Below, in pieces: positions 25,584 to 42,970 of a DNA stretch of 64,000 bases (its first letter is position 1; each line of letters opens with the position of its first letter). Under the pieces are notes generated by a model. It was not told the origin of the DNA. It was given only the letters and a program-made list of their open reading frames with translations, and searched no databases. The translations under genes and the position numbers were made by a program. The stretch is from assembly GCA_030704615.1 (NCBI GenBank), contig CM060733.1, forward strand, positions 14,322,001 through 14,386,000. The letters run 5' to 3'. The stretch is from Takakia lepidozioides (taxonomy: Eukaryota > Plantae > Bryophyta).

Positions 25584-27738
25584 CTATTTGCGCCGCCTCG
25601 AATAAGCCATGGCTCGTATCCCATCTGGATCAGAAATGAAACCTAGTGGACGATAGAAGCCCACCACATTGGGCTCTGCATAGAGAGCAATGTTGCTGAT
25701 GCCCTTCTTCAGCAAATCTGCCATGAGACGCTCCATTACCACCTTTCCGAAGCCCAGCCCTTGGTATGAGGGGTCCACCACCACATCCCAGATTATTGCA
25801 TTGAATACACTGTCCCCTGTCGCTCTTGCAAAAGCAAGGAGTTGCTCCGATTTCGTGTCTTGAATCCACAACATGGACACAGTGTGCTCCAAGGCTCGTG
25901 CAAGCTTCTCCTTTTGGCGGCGTGGAAACCCCACCTGATTTTACCCAGTACATTAGTGTCTTGGCTGCAGCCAGTTCTGCAACTGAAAATTCTCAGAAAA
26001 TGGGAGCTGTAGGAATTCTTGCTTCTTCATACTATGGTGGAGGTGCTATCTGGCTAACATGAGAAGTCCATGTAGCAGATGATCTTGTTGCACTGGTTGT
26101 AGATAAGGTGTCATATTTCCAGCCCGTCTCAGACACTTGCAAGCTTGGCTGAGGTTCACAACTAGGAGGAGCAAATGGGGAGGTGGGTTCAGAACTGCAC
26201 TGCCATCTTTAGACTCTTTCTGCATGGAGAAGATGTCCCATGAAAAGAGTCCTAAACTTGCAGCAAAACACAGCCACTGGCAAGCATCCCACATAAGCTT
26301 TATGCTCAAAAGAATCATCTGCGGGGGAATCTAGCGGTCAATCATTTGCCCTGGATGGTAAGCAATAATTATCTATTTAGGTGGAGTAACCATCCACCCC
26401 ACATTGTTGCTTCATCACTTTTCTCAGATGTAAATCGCAAAAGAAGTGCAACATGCAACTGACCTTCACAAAGAGGGAGTTCAGCTGGTCCAAGTCCAGG
26501 CCATCCATCGATGCTTGGATCCGCAGACCACGAGAAGAAAGGTCGGCATCACTCTGACTGAATGTCCCAGACTCTGTCACACCAGCAGCTTCAGAAAATG
26601 GTAGTGCAGCACCCAATGCAGTACCTTCCTGAGTCAAATTGCGAATGCCCAAGGACTCCAAACCTGGCCACTGAACCCAGTTGTCAAGAAAGACCATCTT
26701 TTGGGAAAGGAGAACATTTGATAGAAGCAGGGTCGAATGAAGCATCTCCCGACTAAGGCATTTTATTGTTTGGCTCTCCAATCCACATATGGAATGTATG
26801 CAGAGGGGACACAGCCAACACTCCCCTATACCTTTGAATTGCAGGTAGCATTACCATTTTGTTCACACATGCTGGGAGTCACCCACATTTTCTGTTAAGC
26901 CAATAGGTTCCATAGTGTGAGGAAAGTTTTCGTGCCACTCAGGGCTGTTTCCCCCTTGTACCCATCAGACTGCATTTCTCTGTGTCGGTCTGTTTCTATG
27001 TCTCTTTGGATTCTCTCCCTCTTCTTCCTTTCTGGAAACTAAAGGGAAGGCTAGAACTAAATGAAGATGCGCACGTAAGTCCACCAGCCGTGGAGAAAGG
27101 GAGAGGAGACTTCCTCTCCTCTTCTGCTTCATCCAAACTGGGTGGGATCTACAGACACAAGGCGTGCAGGCAAGAGACCTAGTTTATTCCTCCCGAGTTG
27201 ATGTCGCAAAACTGAAGTCCGAAATTAGGATGTCGATTTTAGTGTGAGGATTATCGAGCGGGTTGTTCCAACCAAGTGTGCCTTATAATCCGTGCGGTCT
27301 ACTGCCACAAGACCATGGGATCTGTGTATAACTTTAAAGGTCAGGTCACGTACAGAAATTCGAGGATTCCGTTACGGATAATGTCCTTCCCGCATCTGCC
27401 CCCTCCGCCCGCGACCTCCCGATTAGGCCCATCGATCGCTCGCCCTGAACCCCTTGGTAAACTCCTGAGACTGCAACACACGGAGCCCTGTATTGGGAAG
27501 GAGAGACCCACGATCTCAAAACAGTGAATGACGATGGCAGGATTGACCTGGGAGCTGAACAAAATGCTGGCATTGAGGAGGGAAAATCTACAAGCTTTGA
27601 GCGAAAGAGAGTAACTTTTACAAATAAAGATCTCCAATAAGAACAGACTGGGGCATTCCGAAAATCAGGTACGTATGAGTTGGAGGAATTTGGGGTCAAA
27701 GAAAGGTGTCCTCCGATGCAGCCGTGAAAGCCCGCCAT
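25584..27738 (-). CDS. Plastid GCN5-related N-acetyltransferase (GNAT1/SNAT2-like)
   Basis: Exons about 27738-27354 (Ser-rich transit), 26628-26463 (DLDQLNSLFVK) and 25934-25584 (VGFPRR..AFARATGDSVFNAIIWDVVVDPSYQGLGFGK..YRPLGF..DPDGIRAM). Contains the acetyl-CoA-binding QxxGxG motif. Confidence 0.88.
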
Positions 27739-28256
27739 GGCCGTATCAATTGAAAGTACGGGAGAGAACAAAGGAAAAGATTGTAAGGGCAACTCAATAA
27801 CAATGTCTAAAACTTGAGAGTTCTCGTAAGACAAAAGATTCCCTCTCCTTTACAGAATGAAAGATAATTTGCACCAACATCTGATCAAGGATTTCGAGGC
27901 GACATATTGCAAGATGGTCCACTCATCATCTAGATTGAATCTCGGGCGATACTGGAGGGAAAGAACGAGGAAGAATGTTTGAACAAAAGTATAGAAGCAA
28001 TTTCGCAAAGCGTCCAACAGTACTGAACGAAAGGTGCTTTGTTCGTTCAACAGACGAACGAGGTAGGTCAAAGGGCCTGTTCGTCTTCCCCATTCAAACG
28101 CAGCTCCAGGGTGGAGAACTCGCAATTTCGCTGTGCACTCTTGTGCTTTCTGATCGGAAAGGAAAAGAGATTTCAGATTGGAGCATGTTTCGATAGAAGT
28201 CTCCATCATTTTACCCCTCATTGTTTTTTAGCTTAGTTGTGTGTGTGTGTGTGGTT

Positions 28257-30613
28257 ATGGAGGTATGGAGGCTCCCACAAGCCCAGTACGTTGATGCAGT
28301 GCGCTGGCTACCCCCTGCTGCAGCCTGGCAGCACCTGCTTGCTCTTGCTCTCTGGGATTCTGATACTGGGAGGTGCTCCATTGACATTAAGGCTCTCGAA
28401 CATGATGATGCGCCCGATCATTCACCATGGCTGGAGACCCAGGCTTCATGGGTCCAGCCTGCTCGTATCACTGCCTTGAAAGTCGCTTCCCTTCAGACCC
28501 ACCAGGCCCTTTTGGCTGCGGCTTCCCTTGATGGGTCTCTCTCCCTCTTCCTAACTGATCCCATGAATCCGGCGGCTGCGTCGCCTCCTTTGGTATACCC
28601 CTCTCTGCATGCTGGAGCTGTTTCCGGACTGGATGTGCAAAGAGATTCCCAAGATTGTGTCACAGTGGGTGCTGATGGAAAAATCAACTTGGTGAAGGTG
28701 GGTATTTCATTCATGCAAAAACTTAGAATTCCTGGTAAAATCAGAAAGTTGCCTAAGCAATATTTTGACCAAGAGCTTGTTTACACAGTTGGATCAAGGA
28801 AGCTCTTCAGCATTGAGGTGCTCCCCACTTCTAGTGTGACTACTTTGAACATCTCTGTCAAAGAGTTTTGACTTCAAGACTTGATTTCTCCCGTCTGTAT
28901 GCAAATGTGGCTATAGAAAACACTACAGAAACTCACTGCTCAGATTATCTGAAAGTGAAGCTTAAATTACAGATGCATCAAAAGGATTGCAAATTTGTTG
29001 AACCCTGTAATTGTTGCTAATATGGTCCTTGCAAGGCCACATTCAACATTCAATTTAAACATGAATGGTGGCAGGTGGCACAATCCCAGTTGCAACCGAG
29101 GTGTATGCACGACAATCATGGTGTCATGTCATTCTCAAGCGCTCGGTGGGCATCGCCTGTAGAGTTCGTCACAGCAGGGCTTAGGACTGGTCTTCAGTGG
29201 TGGGATCAACGCCGGCCTGGGGGAGCTGTATCACAATCCCCAGCGAAAAGGTGAGATTGAATGCCTAAACCCTAAACCCTCATTAGCTAAAGCAGTGAGT
29301 TGCAGTGAGTTGGTTAAAGAAAACACTACAGAAACCCACTGCTAAATTGTCAGCATTCGCCAAGCCAGCGGGTAACGACTTGGTCCCGTAATCGGCTTGA
29401 CGTCGACCCGGTATTCCCTGCAAATCTTTGACTCGAGTACTTCCACTGGTTGCCTTCTGTTTGCATGTGCATTGGATTAAAATTCTGGCGGAATGGAACA
29501 GGGCTGGTACAGATGGAATGGGCAGGATTCACTCCATCGATGTACACCCTTCCCGCAAACATATGTGTGTGGTAAGACTCTGCTCGACCTCTGCAAAATG
29601 CCTTTCTGTCTCATTTGATAGCATCCTTCTGTTGTCCATAAAATTGATGGCTGTGATTATGCAGGTAGGGGGCTCAGACGGAGGCGTATTTGCATGGGAT
29701 CTCAGGTGGCAACAGGAACCAATTGCTCTAGCAGGCATTGCTGCTGCCAAGGGACAATCTGGGTCATTGGTTGCTGAGGGGGAGGTATGGGAGGTGAAAT
29801 TTGACCCTGCTTTGCAAGCAGTGGGCCAAGGGACTGAGTCTGCCAAGGTCCCACCCGTTCTAATGTGCTCTGAAGATGGTGTGCTTTCACTGCTGGAGGC
29901 TGGTCAGTACCCACTCTGTCTCTCTGTACTCTGCCTTTAACATTCCATCCCCTGTAACTACAGCTGCACATGAGTGCTTTGACTGGTGGCGGGTATGAAA
30001 GGCTGTCATAATTGGGAGTATCAAAACCTGTAAAATGAAGGTTTGGGGATCAATGCAAGTGGTGTGCTGCTGGGGCAGAGTGGCAAAATTCTGCATACAT
30101 GCTGTCTTCCCTTCATTATATTGATACGTAGATCAGTCCCAATAGAATGAGCTTCATATTTCTTTCTATGCAGGGGATGCAGTGGAGCTGCTGGCTGAGG
30201 CCTGTGCAATCAATGGCTTCGATGTAGAATTGGATGTTGGCAATGTAAGTGTTCAAATCAGTTCTCTAATTTACCTTCCCAACCCAATGCTTTTTGTAAC
30301 AATTAAGTGTCTGCCAGGATAATTTTTTGCATTCTGGTCAGAGATGAGATCCCAAATCAGAGACAATGTTATAACTTGTAACCCCAGCTATTCAATCTTG
30401 GTTTGAGGGTAATTCTCTTGCAGAAGTCGAAACCCACAAGATTGGACCAGGGTTAAAGCACGGAATCTGGGTTGCCGACCAAGTTTGTCTCCGGGGTTGC
30501 ATGTTTTCATGCTAGTAGTGTTGTCCAGTGCTGATTAGGTGTATGGGGTCTTGCAGGATATAATTTGTGCACTGGAGCATGAAAGCCTTCTGTACTTAAA
30601 GCGGCCCTCATAA
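28257..30613 (+). CDS. NUP43: Nuclear pore complex WD40 protein NUP43
   Basis: Exons 28257-28698 (RLPQAQYVDAVRWLP), 29075-29250 (WASPVEFVTAG..QWWDQRRPG), 29502-29571 (IHSIDVHPSRKH), 29664-29901 (GGSDG.VFAWDLR..VWEVKFD..MCSEDGVL), about 30174-30244 (ELLAEACAINGFDV) and 30557-30613. Confidence 0.88.
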
Positions 30614-31835
30614 GCTGGATGGCCCTCCTAACTCAAATTCTGAATTATGGCCCATGGCTTTGAGCCCTTGACTTGCAGAAGTTGAATATGCAAGTAACTG
30701 CACTGGCTGTGGCCTTGCTGCCGTAGAAGGACTCTCCCTAACCTGAGAGGAACCTTGAAGGAATATTTTTCCGAACATGATACATAAAAAGTCCCTCTTC
30801 GGATGTCAAAGTTGGTCACCACACTACAATCCGTCCCTCTGTTCCCCGTCAAATGTACTGGATGCTGGCACTATCCAGACTTAGAAATTAGGGGGAAGGT
30901 TGAATGACAAAGTTCTTTGTAAAATAATGTGTAGTCACAAAGTTGAACTACCTATTTACTTCACACACTCCAAAATGAGTGAATCTGAATTTTAAACTCC
31001 TGGTTTGCCCCCACTGTGTTAAGGATGACTAGGAATGAATACCTCAACATTTAAGAGAGTCTCAACATCTAAGGGCTCTTTGTTTATGTATCTTTGGTGT
31101 GCAAAAGAAAAACAGTATGTTCATTCGGATAATAAAAAGTCATAAAAAGTCATAGACGGCGTGAAGGCATTGGTTATGTCCTTATCTGTCTAACCTAAGC
31201 ATTAATGTGTAAAGAATAGGCAGCCCGGTCTCGTGCAAAACCTTTTCAGTAATCCTTGGGATCACACTTTTTTAAGCAAAAACAACAAAGATTTGTTATC
31301 ATAGCCACAAGGGAAGTGTTATTCAGGTCATTTCCACAAAATAATACCAGAGAGAGAGGCACATGGATAAATACGGCTTTACATGCATAATGCACTCAGA
31401 TGCCATGGTCTAGTGCTATGTCGAGGGAAGTAATCCCTCAAAATTTCTTAGTATAAAACTCCCTCAACATCGTAAGGCCAAAAGCATCCCAGCTGTTTAC
31501 CCAGCTAGGAAAAGGCTTGAAATGGAAGACGGTGATGCCCTTGGGCGGTGTCGCTGGCCATGTCAAATAGGAACTGATACCTGGTAGTTGTAAGGTGGCC
31601 CTCAAGGCGTCAATGAGCATGAGTTGATCCCAATTCTCTTGGTGCTACATGTCACGAATGAGTTGAACTGACATAATGTTAGCATACATGCCAATTTGGG
31701 ACTAGGCTGTGAATGCAACCTCAAATAAGTGCTGTTTCCTGGAAATCATATGAAAAACGGAATCTCTGGCTTCCACCGCTCTACCTCTGAGAGCAATCCG
31801 TCTTGTCATTCCGATTTTCATATATCACATGCCTG

Positions 31836-33656
<1,821 letters not shown>

Positions 33657-33739
33657 GGCTACCTCCTCGTATCTACCAACCGCCAGAGATCAAGGCCGCA
33701 TCGATGGGCAGAACGAGCACCGAGAAATGGGACAGTGAA

Positions 33740-33753
33740 AGGGTTTAGGGTTT
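33740..33753 (-). promoter_or_regulatory. Telo-box (AAACCCTAAACCCT) upstream of KAE1
   Basis: Plus strand AGGGTTTAGGGTTT about 85 bp before the KAE1 ATG. Telo-boxes are known in promoters and 5'UTRs of plant translation-related genes. Confidence 0.55.
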
Positions 33754-34187
33754 CCAGCTATCCTACATGGCACAGAGCTTTCCATGTCAGCAGCTAACTT
33801 GAGTTCTAGAGGTTAGATGAAGAAAGTTAGCGCATCTCTGCCACCTTTGTCTCTTCCACAGCTTGTTGTTCCCCCTTTCTCTCCATCTCCCACACATCTA
33901 GGCTATAACATCGCATGGTGATGAATCTAGAATCTACCCGGAAGAATCTCAACTGTTGATCGATCACATGCACTTTGTGGGTGAGGAAAACACTGTCACC
34001 TGCCATGCTTCATCACTGTCTGTTTCTCATTGCATCACTGCAGGTGCGCATTTAAGACTTACAGCTGTGGTGGACGCGGGTTCATAATTATTCTTATCGT
34101 CTCTCTCAAAATTCGTTTCTTGGGGTCGAAGCAGGCAGAGATTGCTCTCACACTACTACCGCAGGATTGACAACAAGGCTTGGAGCT

Positions 34188-34901
34188 ATGGGAGAGAGAT
34201 ATCGCAGGCAACAGGACCAGGGGAACTTCGACGACCATGACCCCACGCCATACAAGGGGGGCTATGACCAAGCTGCTGTCTACGGATCTGTGCAGCCTGC
34301 CTCAGCGCAGACCAGTTATCCTGCAGTGAGGTACACTGCAGACTATCATGATGCTCACTCGTATGGCCAGGAGGCTCTTCCCTATGGAGGAGGGCTTCGT
34401 CCTTCTCAAGAATCTAGACACGGAGAAGGATATGGCGGGGCTAAGCCTAGGCACGATTCCTCTGGCGGAAGAGAAGAGCCTGCATATGGCGGTGCGGTGA
34501 GGCCCAGTTATCACGAGCAGAAAGGTGGTGAATCTTACAAGCACGAGAATCGGTACTCTTATGAGCAAGAGGGACGGACTGAACAGCATGGATATGGCAA
34601 ACAGAATTCTGCTCATGGTGAGTCTGCCTATGGTGTGGGCGTCCGCCCTCACAGCAACACCAGGCCAAGCTATGGTGAGGGCCGTTATGAAGAGCGGAAG
34701 CACGATTCCGACGAGGAGGTGTCTCAAAGGAGATCTGGCCCTGGGAGGGAGAAAAAGTACGAGGGTAGAAAGTTGCGCAATGAAGACTCCTCGTCTGAAG
34801 ACAGCTCTGCTGATGAGGCTGGAGATAGGCACAGATCTCGTGAAAAGAAGTCTAAGAGGAAGGAGCGTCAGCACCACCAACATCGGCGCGACCATGACTG
34901 A
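34188..34901 (+). CDS. Gly/Tyr/His/Glu-rich low-complexity protein, At5g39570 (PLDrp1)-like
   Basis: Single ORF. N-terminal FDDHDPTPYKGGYD...YG motif as in the At5g39570 family, repeated YG/RPSY units, and a charged/His-rich C-terminus. Confidence 0.78.
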   Translation: MGERYRRQQDQGNFDDHDPTPYKGGYDQAAVYGSVQPASAQTSYPAVRYTADYHDAHSYGQEALPYGGGLRPSQESRHGEGYGGAKPRHDSSGGREEPAYGGAVRPSYHEQKGGESYKHENRYSYEQEGRTEQHGYGKQNSAHGESAYGVGVRPHSNTRPSYGEGRYEERKHDSDEEVSQRRSGPGREKKYEGRKLRNEDSSSEDSSADEAGDRHRSREKKSKRKERQHHQHRRDHD

Positions 34902-35663
34902 GAGAGAGAGAGAGAGAGATGCTGGCTGCCTGAGTTCAGCATAGTGCATACACACTCCAGCTCGCTAATACAATTGGCATGTACAATGTGCATTTCTATC
35001 TCAAGTCTCTGGTCCACTGAAGTTTCTCTCTGCTTGCATCAGGCCCTAGTGGTTCTGAATGTTCACCAGAAGAATGCAGGATTCAACTATGTTTACTTCA
35101 CTCAGGGGCATGGAGAATGTACTCAGACTTGCGTTGTGACTGGCAAGACTGACCAAAATCTGTGTGGAAGGATGGATCTTCAACTGACTGCATGCTGGAT
35201 TATCAAATAGTTGTTGTGGTTGGCGATGGTGCTAAGATGAAGCAGGGGAAACTTGGAGCTTATATCTGCTGGAATGCAACCTAATAAACTCCATTATCCA
35301 TCATTCCCTTTCGGAATTCAAGTGTACAAGTTCTAAGAAATGTATGGGATAATGTCTGCGTGTCTGCTTCACTCTAAAAATCTGAATTTTCTAGAACAAT
35401 TTCTACATTCTTCCAAGAACAATGGGTCAGCCAATGCTAATCCGTGCAAGAAGGGATAGTAACACCACTGTCTGTCATATCAGTAAGGAGGGACAGTAGG
35501 GATACTAACACCATATCGGACATATCGGAAGCAGTCCTACAAAAAGGTTCAAGGACCTCAAATACATGAGACAGCCAGGAGATGGGCAAAGTTAGTTCAG
35601 GGTTGTAACTCAGCTTCATGGGCATAAGCAATATGCTTTAGAGGCTGCCTAGGTTCTTCAGCT

Positions 35664-38157
<2,494 letters not shown>

Positions 38158-38393
38158 CTTGCTCCTCTCACAAACACCGCTCTAGAACCTAAGCAGACCA
38201 GTTCTTACCCCCCAACGTGGTGCTGGTCTCAGCTCTCCCTTTCTCTCCAAAAACACATCACTACGGGAGAGACGACGAGAGGCGAACGAAAGACGACGAG
38301 ATTCAGCCCAGTATAGTTCTAGACGACGATATATGAGAACGATGTGTACTGAGAGTTGAACGAGACTCAGACAATCCTTGGTCATCTGCCATT

Positions 38394-38401
38394 AAACCCT
38401 A
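38394..38401 (+). promoter_or_regulatory. Telo-box AAACCCTA in the TRAPPC3/CDK5RAP1 divergent spacer
   Basis: Exact AAACCCTA about 110 bp before the CDK5RAP1 ATG. Confidence 0.45.
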
Positions 38402-38503
38402 GACCCTCCTCTTGCTGTGGATCTCTGAAGGTATGAATCTGCGGGGGTGTGGTCAGGAATCGATGTACGAGGGAAGACTATTTGCACTGTAAATGCAGTG
38501 GAG

Positions 38504-41500
38504 ATGAAGTTAATGCGGCTCGGAATTGACTCAGCTGCGCAATGTGTGTGCTCGGGGTTCCTTGTTGGCCCGTTGCCATCACACTTAAAAACTGCTGGCC
38601 TTGCATCTACCTCTGGTGGAGTTGGGCTTCCACTTTGCAAATCAATTTCATCTCGACAAGGAAGAGTTTCTAGTCTTTCCTGTGGCAATTTGAAGGCTGA
38701 CCTGGATCTATCCAGAGGAGGCTGGAATCCATCGAGAATGCATTGCACTGCGAATTGTCTTTGCTCCGGGTTCAATCTCTCGGCGATTCGGAATAATTAC
38801 AGATGGGCCACGCATTGCCAGAGATTTTCGTTATCGAGGCGTCGCGGGAGGCCAGGGCCGTCTTTGCGTTCAAGTGTAGCTCAGATTTCGTCTCTCTCTG
38901 TAGCCGCTTCACTGCCTCCATCCACTCCAGCAACGGCGGAGGAGACCTGGGTGCCACCCCCAGGAGCAGGCTTGCAGGATTTTCTAAGGCACACTATGCC
39001 CACATCTTCTGCGCCCTTGAATTATGAGTAAGTGGCAACCATATCTTGGGATGTTGATTTTTGTGACCTGCCTGTCTCCTTGCAGCTAGAAGAGCGACAG
39101 AGACAAAGGGTATGAAGTGCACGTCCATGGCTTGCAGGGCAACGCAGGTGCCATACCTGGAGGAGGACATGGGCAGCAAAATGCAGGGGGGACGCATGTA
39201 TGTGGAGACCTACGGATGCCAGATGAATGTGAATGACATGGAGATAGTGCTTGCAATCATGAAAGAGGCAGGTTATACGGAGATTGTTGATAAGCCTGAA
39301 GAGTCAGACATCATCTTTATCAACACCTGCGCGATTCGAGAGAATGCTGAACATAAGATCTGGCATCGGCTAAATTACTTCAAGCATTTAAAAAGCAGGT
39401 GGGCACGCCCTTGATAAATTTGTTTTACTACCACCCACGTCTCTCTCTCCCTATTGACGATGGAAAGTCCCCTTTTTCTTTCTCTCTTTCTGTAGCTCAG
39501 GCCGGGAAGCCTACCTTTGAACAGCAAACAGAAGCAGAGATGAAAGGGAGAGTGCAATTGCCCGTTGTGTGGGCAACCTGAAGACAATATTCATTTTCTG
39601 AATTGTCCGGGGTTCTCTCACCAGAGAGACGCTGCAAACAACCGCATTTGAGTATATTCTTTCTGTAGCTCTTCCACGATCTGGGTGCAGGCTGTATGGT
39701 TGCTAGACTGAGACAAGAAAAGCTTAATGCTCTCAGCTTTGCTGCTGCAGGTGATCCTTCAGCTTTTTCCTCTCTCTTTGTCCTGTTGGTTGCATTGGTA
39801 GGCCCTTGTCCTGCTTAATATCAGGTTGTAGGCAAGGATTTCTTTTGAATTATCGCCAGGAATGTCTTCAAACCAGGTGGAATTGTAATGTGACAATGTC
39901 TCCCTCACGGCCAGCAAATCCTCCCAAGGTTGCAGTGTTGGGATGCATGGCGGAGAGGTTGAAAGAGAAATTGATTATCGCGGACAAGATGGTGGACGTG
40001 GTTTGTGGCCCCGATGCCTACAGGTACTAATTAGTTTCTATTCTTGGTTATGTAAGCAGGAAAAAAGCAGGTTATTTTGATGAATCCAGGTAGTGTTGGC
40101 AGCTCTCCCATCTTCAGAATTTATACAAACTCACCTGTCATTGGCTTGGTTTTGGTCTGCTCATAAAGGCTGAGGGATCCTCCTCTCACGGTTTGAAGAT
40201 GTGACAGATATTGGTGACCAAATTTGAGTTATTGCAAGGCACCTTGTGTGTGCATTGACATGAGTATGTGTGAGAATCAATTTTCTCTTCAATTTCCAAT
40301 CAGGTCTTCAAATTTGAGGTGTGGACCATTGATTGTTCCATGTACACAGTCTGAAGTTTTGTAGAATTTGGAAGATTTTGCATTCGCTTTGGCCTGTCTG
40401 TTGACAATTGTTCATTCTACAGGGATCTCCCCCGCTTGCTTGCGTTGGTGGATGAGGGCCAGGCTGGAATCAACACTCTTCTCTCCCTTGAAGAAACCTA
40501 TGCAGACGTGTCACCAGTGAGGATTGCAAAGAACTCTGTGACAGCATTTGTGTCAATCATGCGCGGCTGCAATAACATGTGCTCATTTTGCATTGTTCCT
40601 TTTACACGAGGGAGGGAGCGATCACGGCCAGTTGACTCAATCGTGAGAGAGGTAGCTCGACATACTCACTCTGTCAGCATTCGTTGAATCAGAAAGCATT
40701 CAGCCAGGGCCAGACTAATTTCTAGTGCCTACGTGACCGTTAGGGCATCTTCATGGCAACAGTTCAACTTGGTCCTTTTTGGTGCTCATGTCTTAGCATT
40801 GATTCTCCCAGCTACTCTATCAATCCCAGAACCATGCATAGCTGCATGCCCTAACAACTGGACTATCTGGATGTTTGCTATCCCAACAGGCATATTTTTC
40901 AGTACCTTCTCTGGTAGTGTTTCAGAGTTCATGGACACATCATATGCTTTAGTTTGTTGTTCCAATGCTTGATGGGTGGGAGACTAACTACATAGCAGTT
41001 GCCATAGTTCGTTTCCAAGGCTTTTCTTGTCCTCCAATAGCATTTCCAGACAAAGGGTGAACCCATTTGGATCGAAAATCGTCCGCAGGTGGGTGAGCTG
41101 TGGGAGCAAGGAGTGAAGGAAGTGATGCTGCTTGGTCAGAATGTCAACAGTTATAATGATAGATCAGGGAATGTCGTCGAAGGCTATGATGGGAGCTGGT
41201 TTATAGACAATGATGTGAGCATTTATGTAGGAGAAGACGAAGGTGAGGATGTTCCAAGCAGGCAGGATGAGGAGAAGATCTATGCGAAAGAAGGCGTACA
41301 TGGACCTAACCGTTTCAAGTCGTCTCATATTTTGAGCCCTGGTTTCTCAACCATATACAAAATCAAGGAAGGGGGCCTGAGATTCTCCCATCTGCTTGAT
41401 TGCTTGTCAATTCGCTATCCAGAAATGCGATTTCGATTCACATCCCCGCACCCAAAGGATTTCCCTGACGATCTGCTACATTTGATGCGCAATCGGCCCA

Positions 41501-42970
41501 ACATTTGTAATATGATCCATTTGCCTGCACAAAGTGGAAGCTCACGAATGCTGGATTTGATGCGGCGGGGTTACACTCGGGAGGCTTACTTAGCATGTGT
41601 AGAGAGAATACGGACTATACTTCCCGATGTTAGTATCAGCAGCGACTTCATTGCAGGTGAGTCTGTCTATGTATGCAGATCTTTTCTGCTGCCTCAATCT
41701 CTGTCTGGTCCTTCTGCAGTCTCTCTTCCAAGTGACTGATGGGCTAACTAACTTGCTGTAAAATGCTCTATTTGGAGGCATGGTACTGACCTTTTACATG
41801 AGGCCTGTGAATGTTGGCAATGACAACCCGGTAGGGCATAGTCCCATTGTGAAATGACATCTTCAACTGCCAGTTGTGGGATCTGACGAGTTAAGGTGTA
41901 AGAAATTCAGTTCAACATCAACATAGTGCTCCTGCACAGCCAATAATAATCGGGGTAGACGGAATGGAGGTCACCATGAGGTTGATTCTACTTGCACTGT
42001 CAAGAGACAGAGGCGGAGAGTCACAGATAGGGATGCACTTGTCAGATTAGGCTGGTCAGTTTGGGAAGAATTCGGACTGTTCAGCACGTTTTATGGCCAT
42101 AGCCTCTGAGACTGGAGGGTGTAGTCTTTTTGAGATGCAAGGTAGCCCTTCTGGAGCTGGGCATTGGTTATTATCCCATGAGGATATGAAGCGAGATTGC
42201 AACTGTGGTCATACAGCCAACAAGAATCTTGTTATAGAGGATTGGGAGTTCCTTGAGGGCTAGTATTGACTCCACACTTGATTTCCCCACTGAAGAGAGA
42301 CAAGCAAGGCAGAGAGTGGGGGTTTCAGGTGTAACTGGATGTTTTAACTTAAGAATGTGGAGGTTTATTTGCAGGATTCTGTGGGGAGACGGAAGAAGAC
42401 CACAAGGACACGTTAAGTTTAATAGAAGCGGTGAGCTATGACATGGCCTACATGTTTGCTTACAGTATGAGAGAACGCACACATGCTCACCGCAATTACA
42501 CTGATGATGTCCCAGAGCCCATAAAGCAGGGGCGATTAGCAGAGATGATCTCAACTTTCCGGAGAACTACCCTTCCAAGATTTGAATCTCAGTTGGGGAC
42601 TACACAGCTTGTGCTTGTCGAGGGTCCCAATAAGCGAGCTCCTGAGACTGAGCTAATTGGAAAAAGTGATAAAGGACACAAGGTCATCTTTCCGAACGTG
42701 CCAGTTTTGGACTCTCTCTTGGATGGGAGAGAGGAATTCGGTGATACCAGCAGTTCAACAGATCTAGGGACTCTTGAAAATGTTGAAGGCGATAGGTGCC
42801 TCCCACTGATGGTAAATTTAAAACCTGGAGATTATGTGGAAGTTCACATCACAGGAACAACTGTAGCTTCTCTGCGAGGGGAGCCACTCGCTCGCACAAA
42901 ACTTACCCAATTTTACCAGAAATGTTCTCAGTCAGAAATTGAGAAAGAGATCAGTGCTGTGACAGGGTGA
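38504..42970 (+). CDS. CDK5RAP1: CDK5RAP1/MiaB-like radical-SAM tRNA methylthiotransferase (organelle-targeted)
   Basis: Exons about 38504-39028, 39138-39398 ([18 protein letters not shown]), 39877-40023 (LGCMAERL), 40423-40651 (GCNNMCSFC, the CxxxCxxC motif), 41089-41657 ([30 protein letters not shown]) and 42375-42970 ([13 protein letters not shown] domain). Confidence 0.95.
39490..39660 (+). mobile_element. Internally deleted LINE family B fragment in CDK5RAP1 intron 2
   Basis: CTCAGG..GAAGCCTACCTTTGAACA..TGCCCGTTGTGTGGGCAACCTGAAGACAATATTCATTTTCTG matches 47239-47342 and ends GCAAACAAC..TTTGAGTA. Confidence 0.75.

Noticed and set aside
34900-34919. (GA)n run, plus similar (GT)n, (GA)n and (CACATT)n runs at ~28237, ~37005 and ~5568
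   Set aside because: Ordinary microsatellites in UTRs and introns.
34302-34955. 217-aa minus-strand ORF and 139-aa overlapping plus-strand ORF
   Set aside because: Shadow frames of the low-complexity PLDrp1-like gene.
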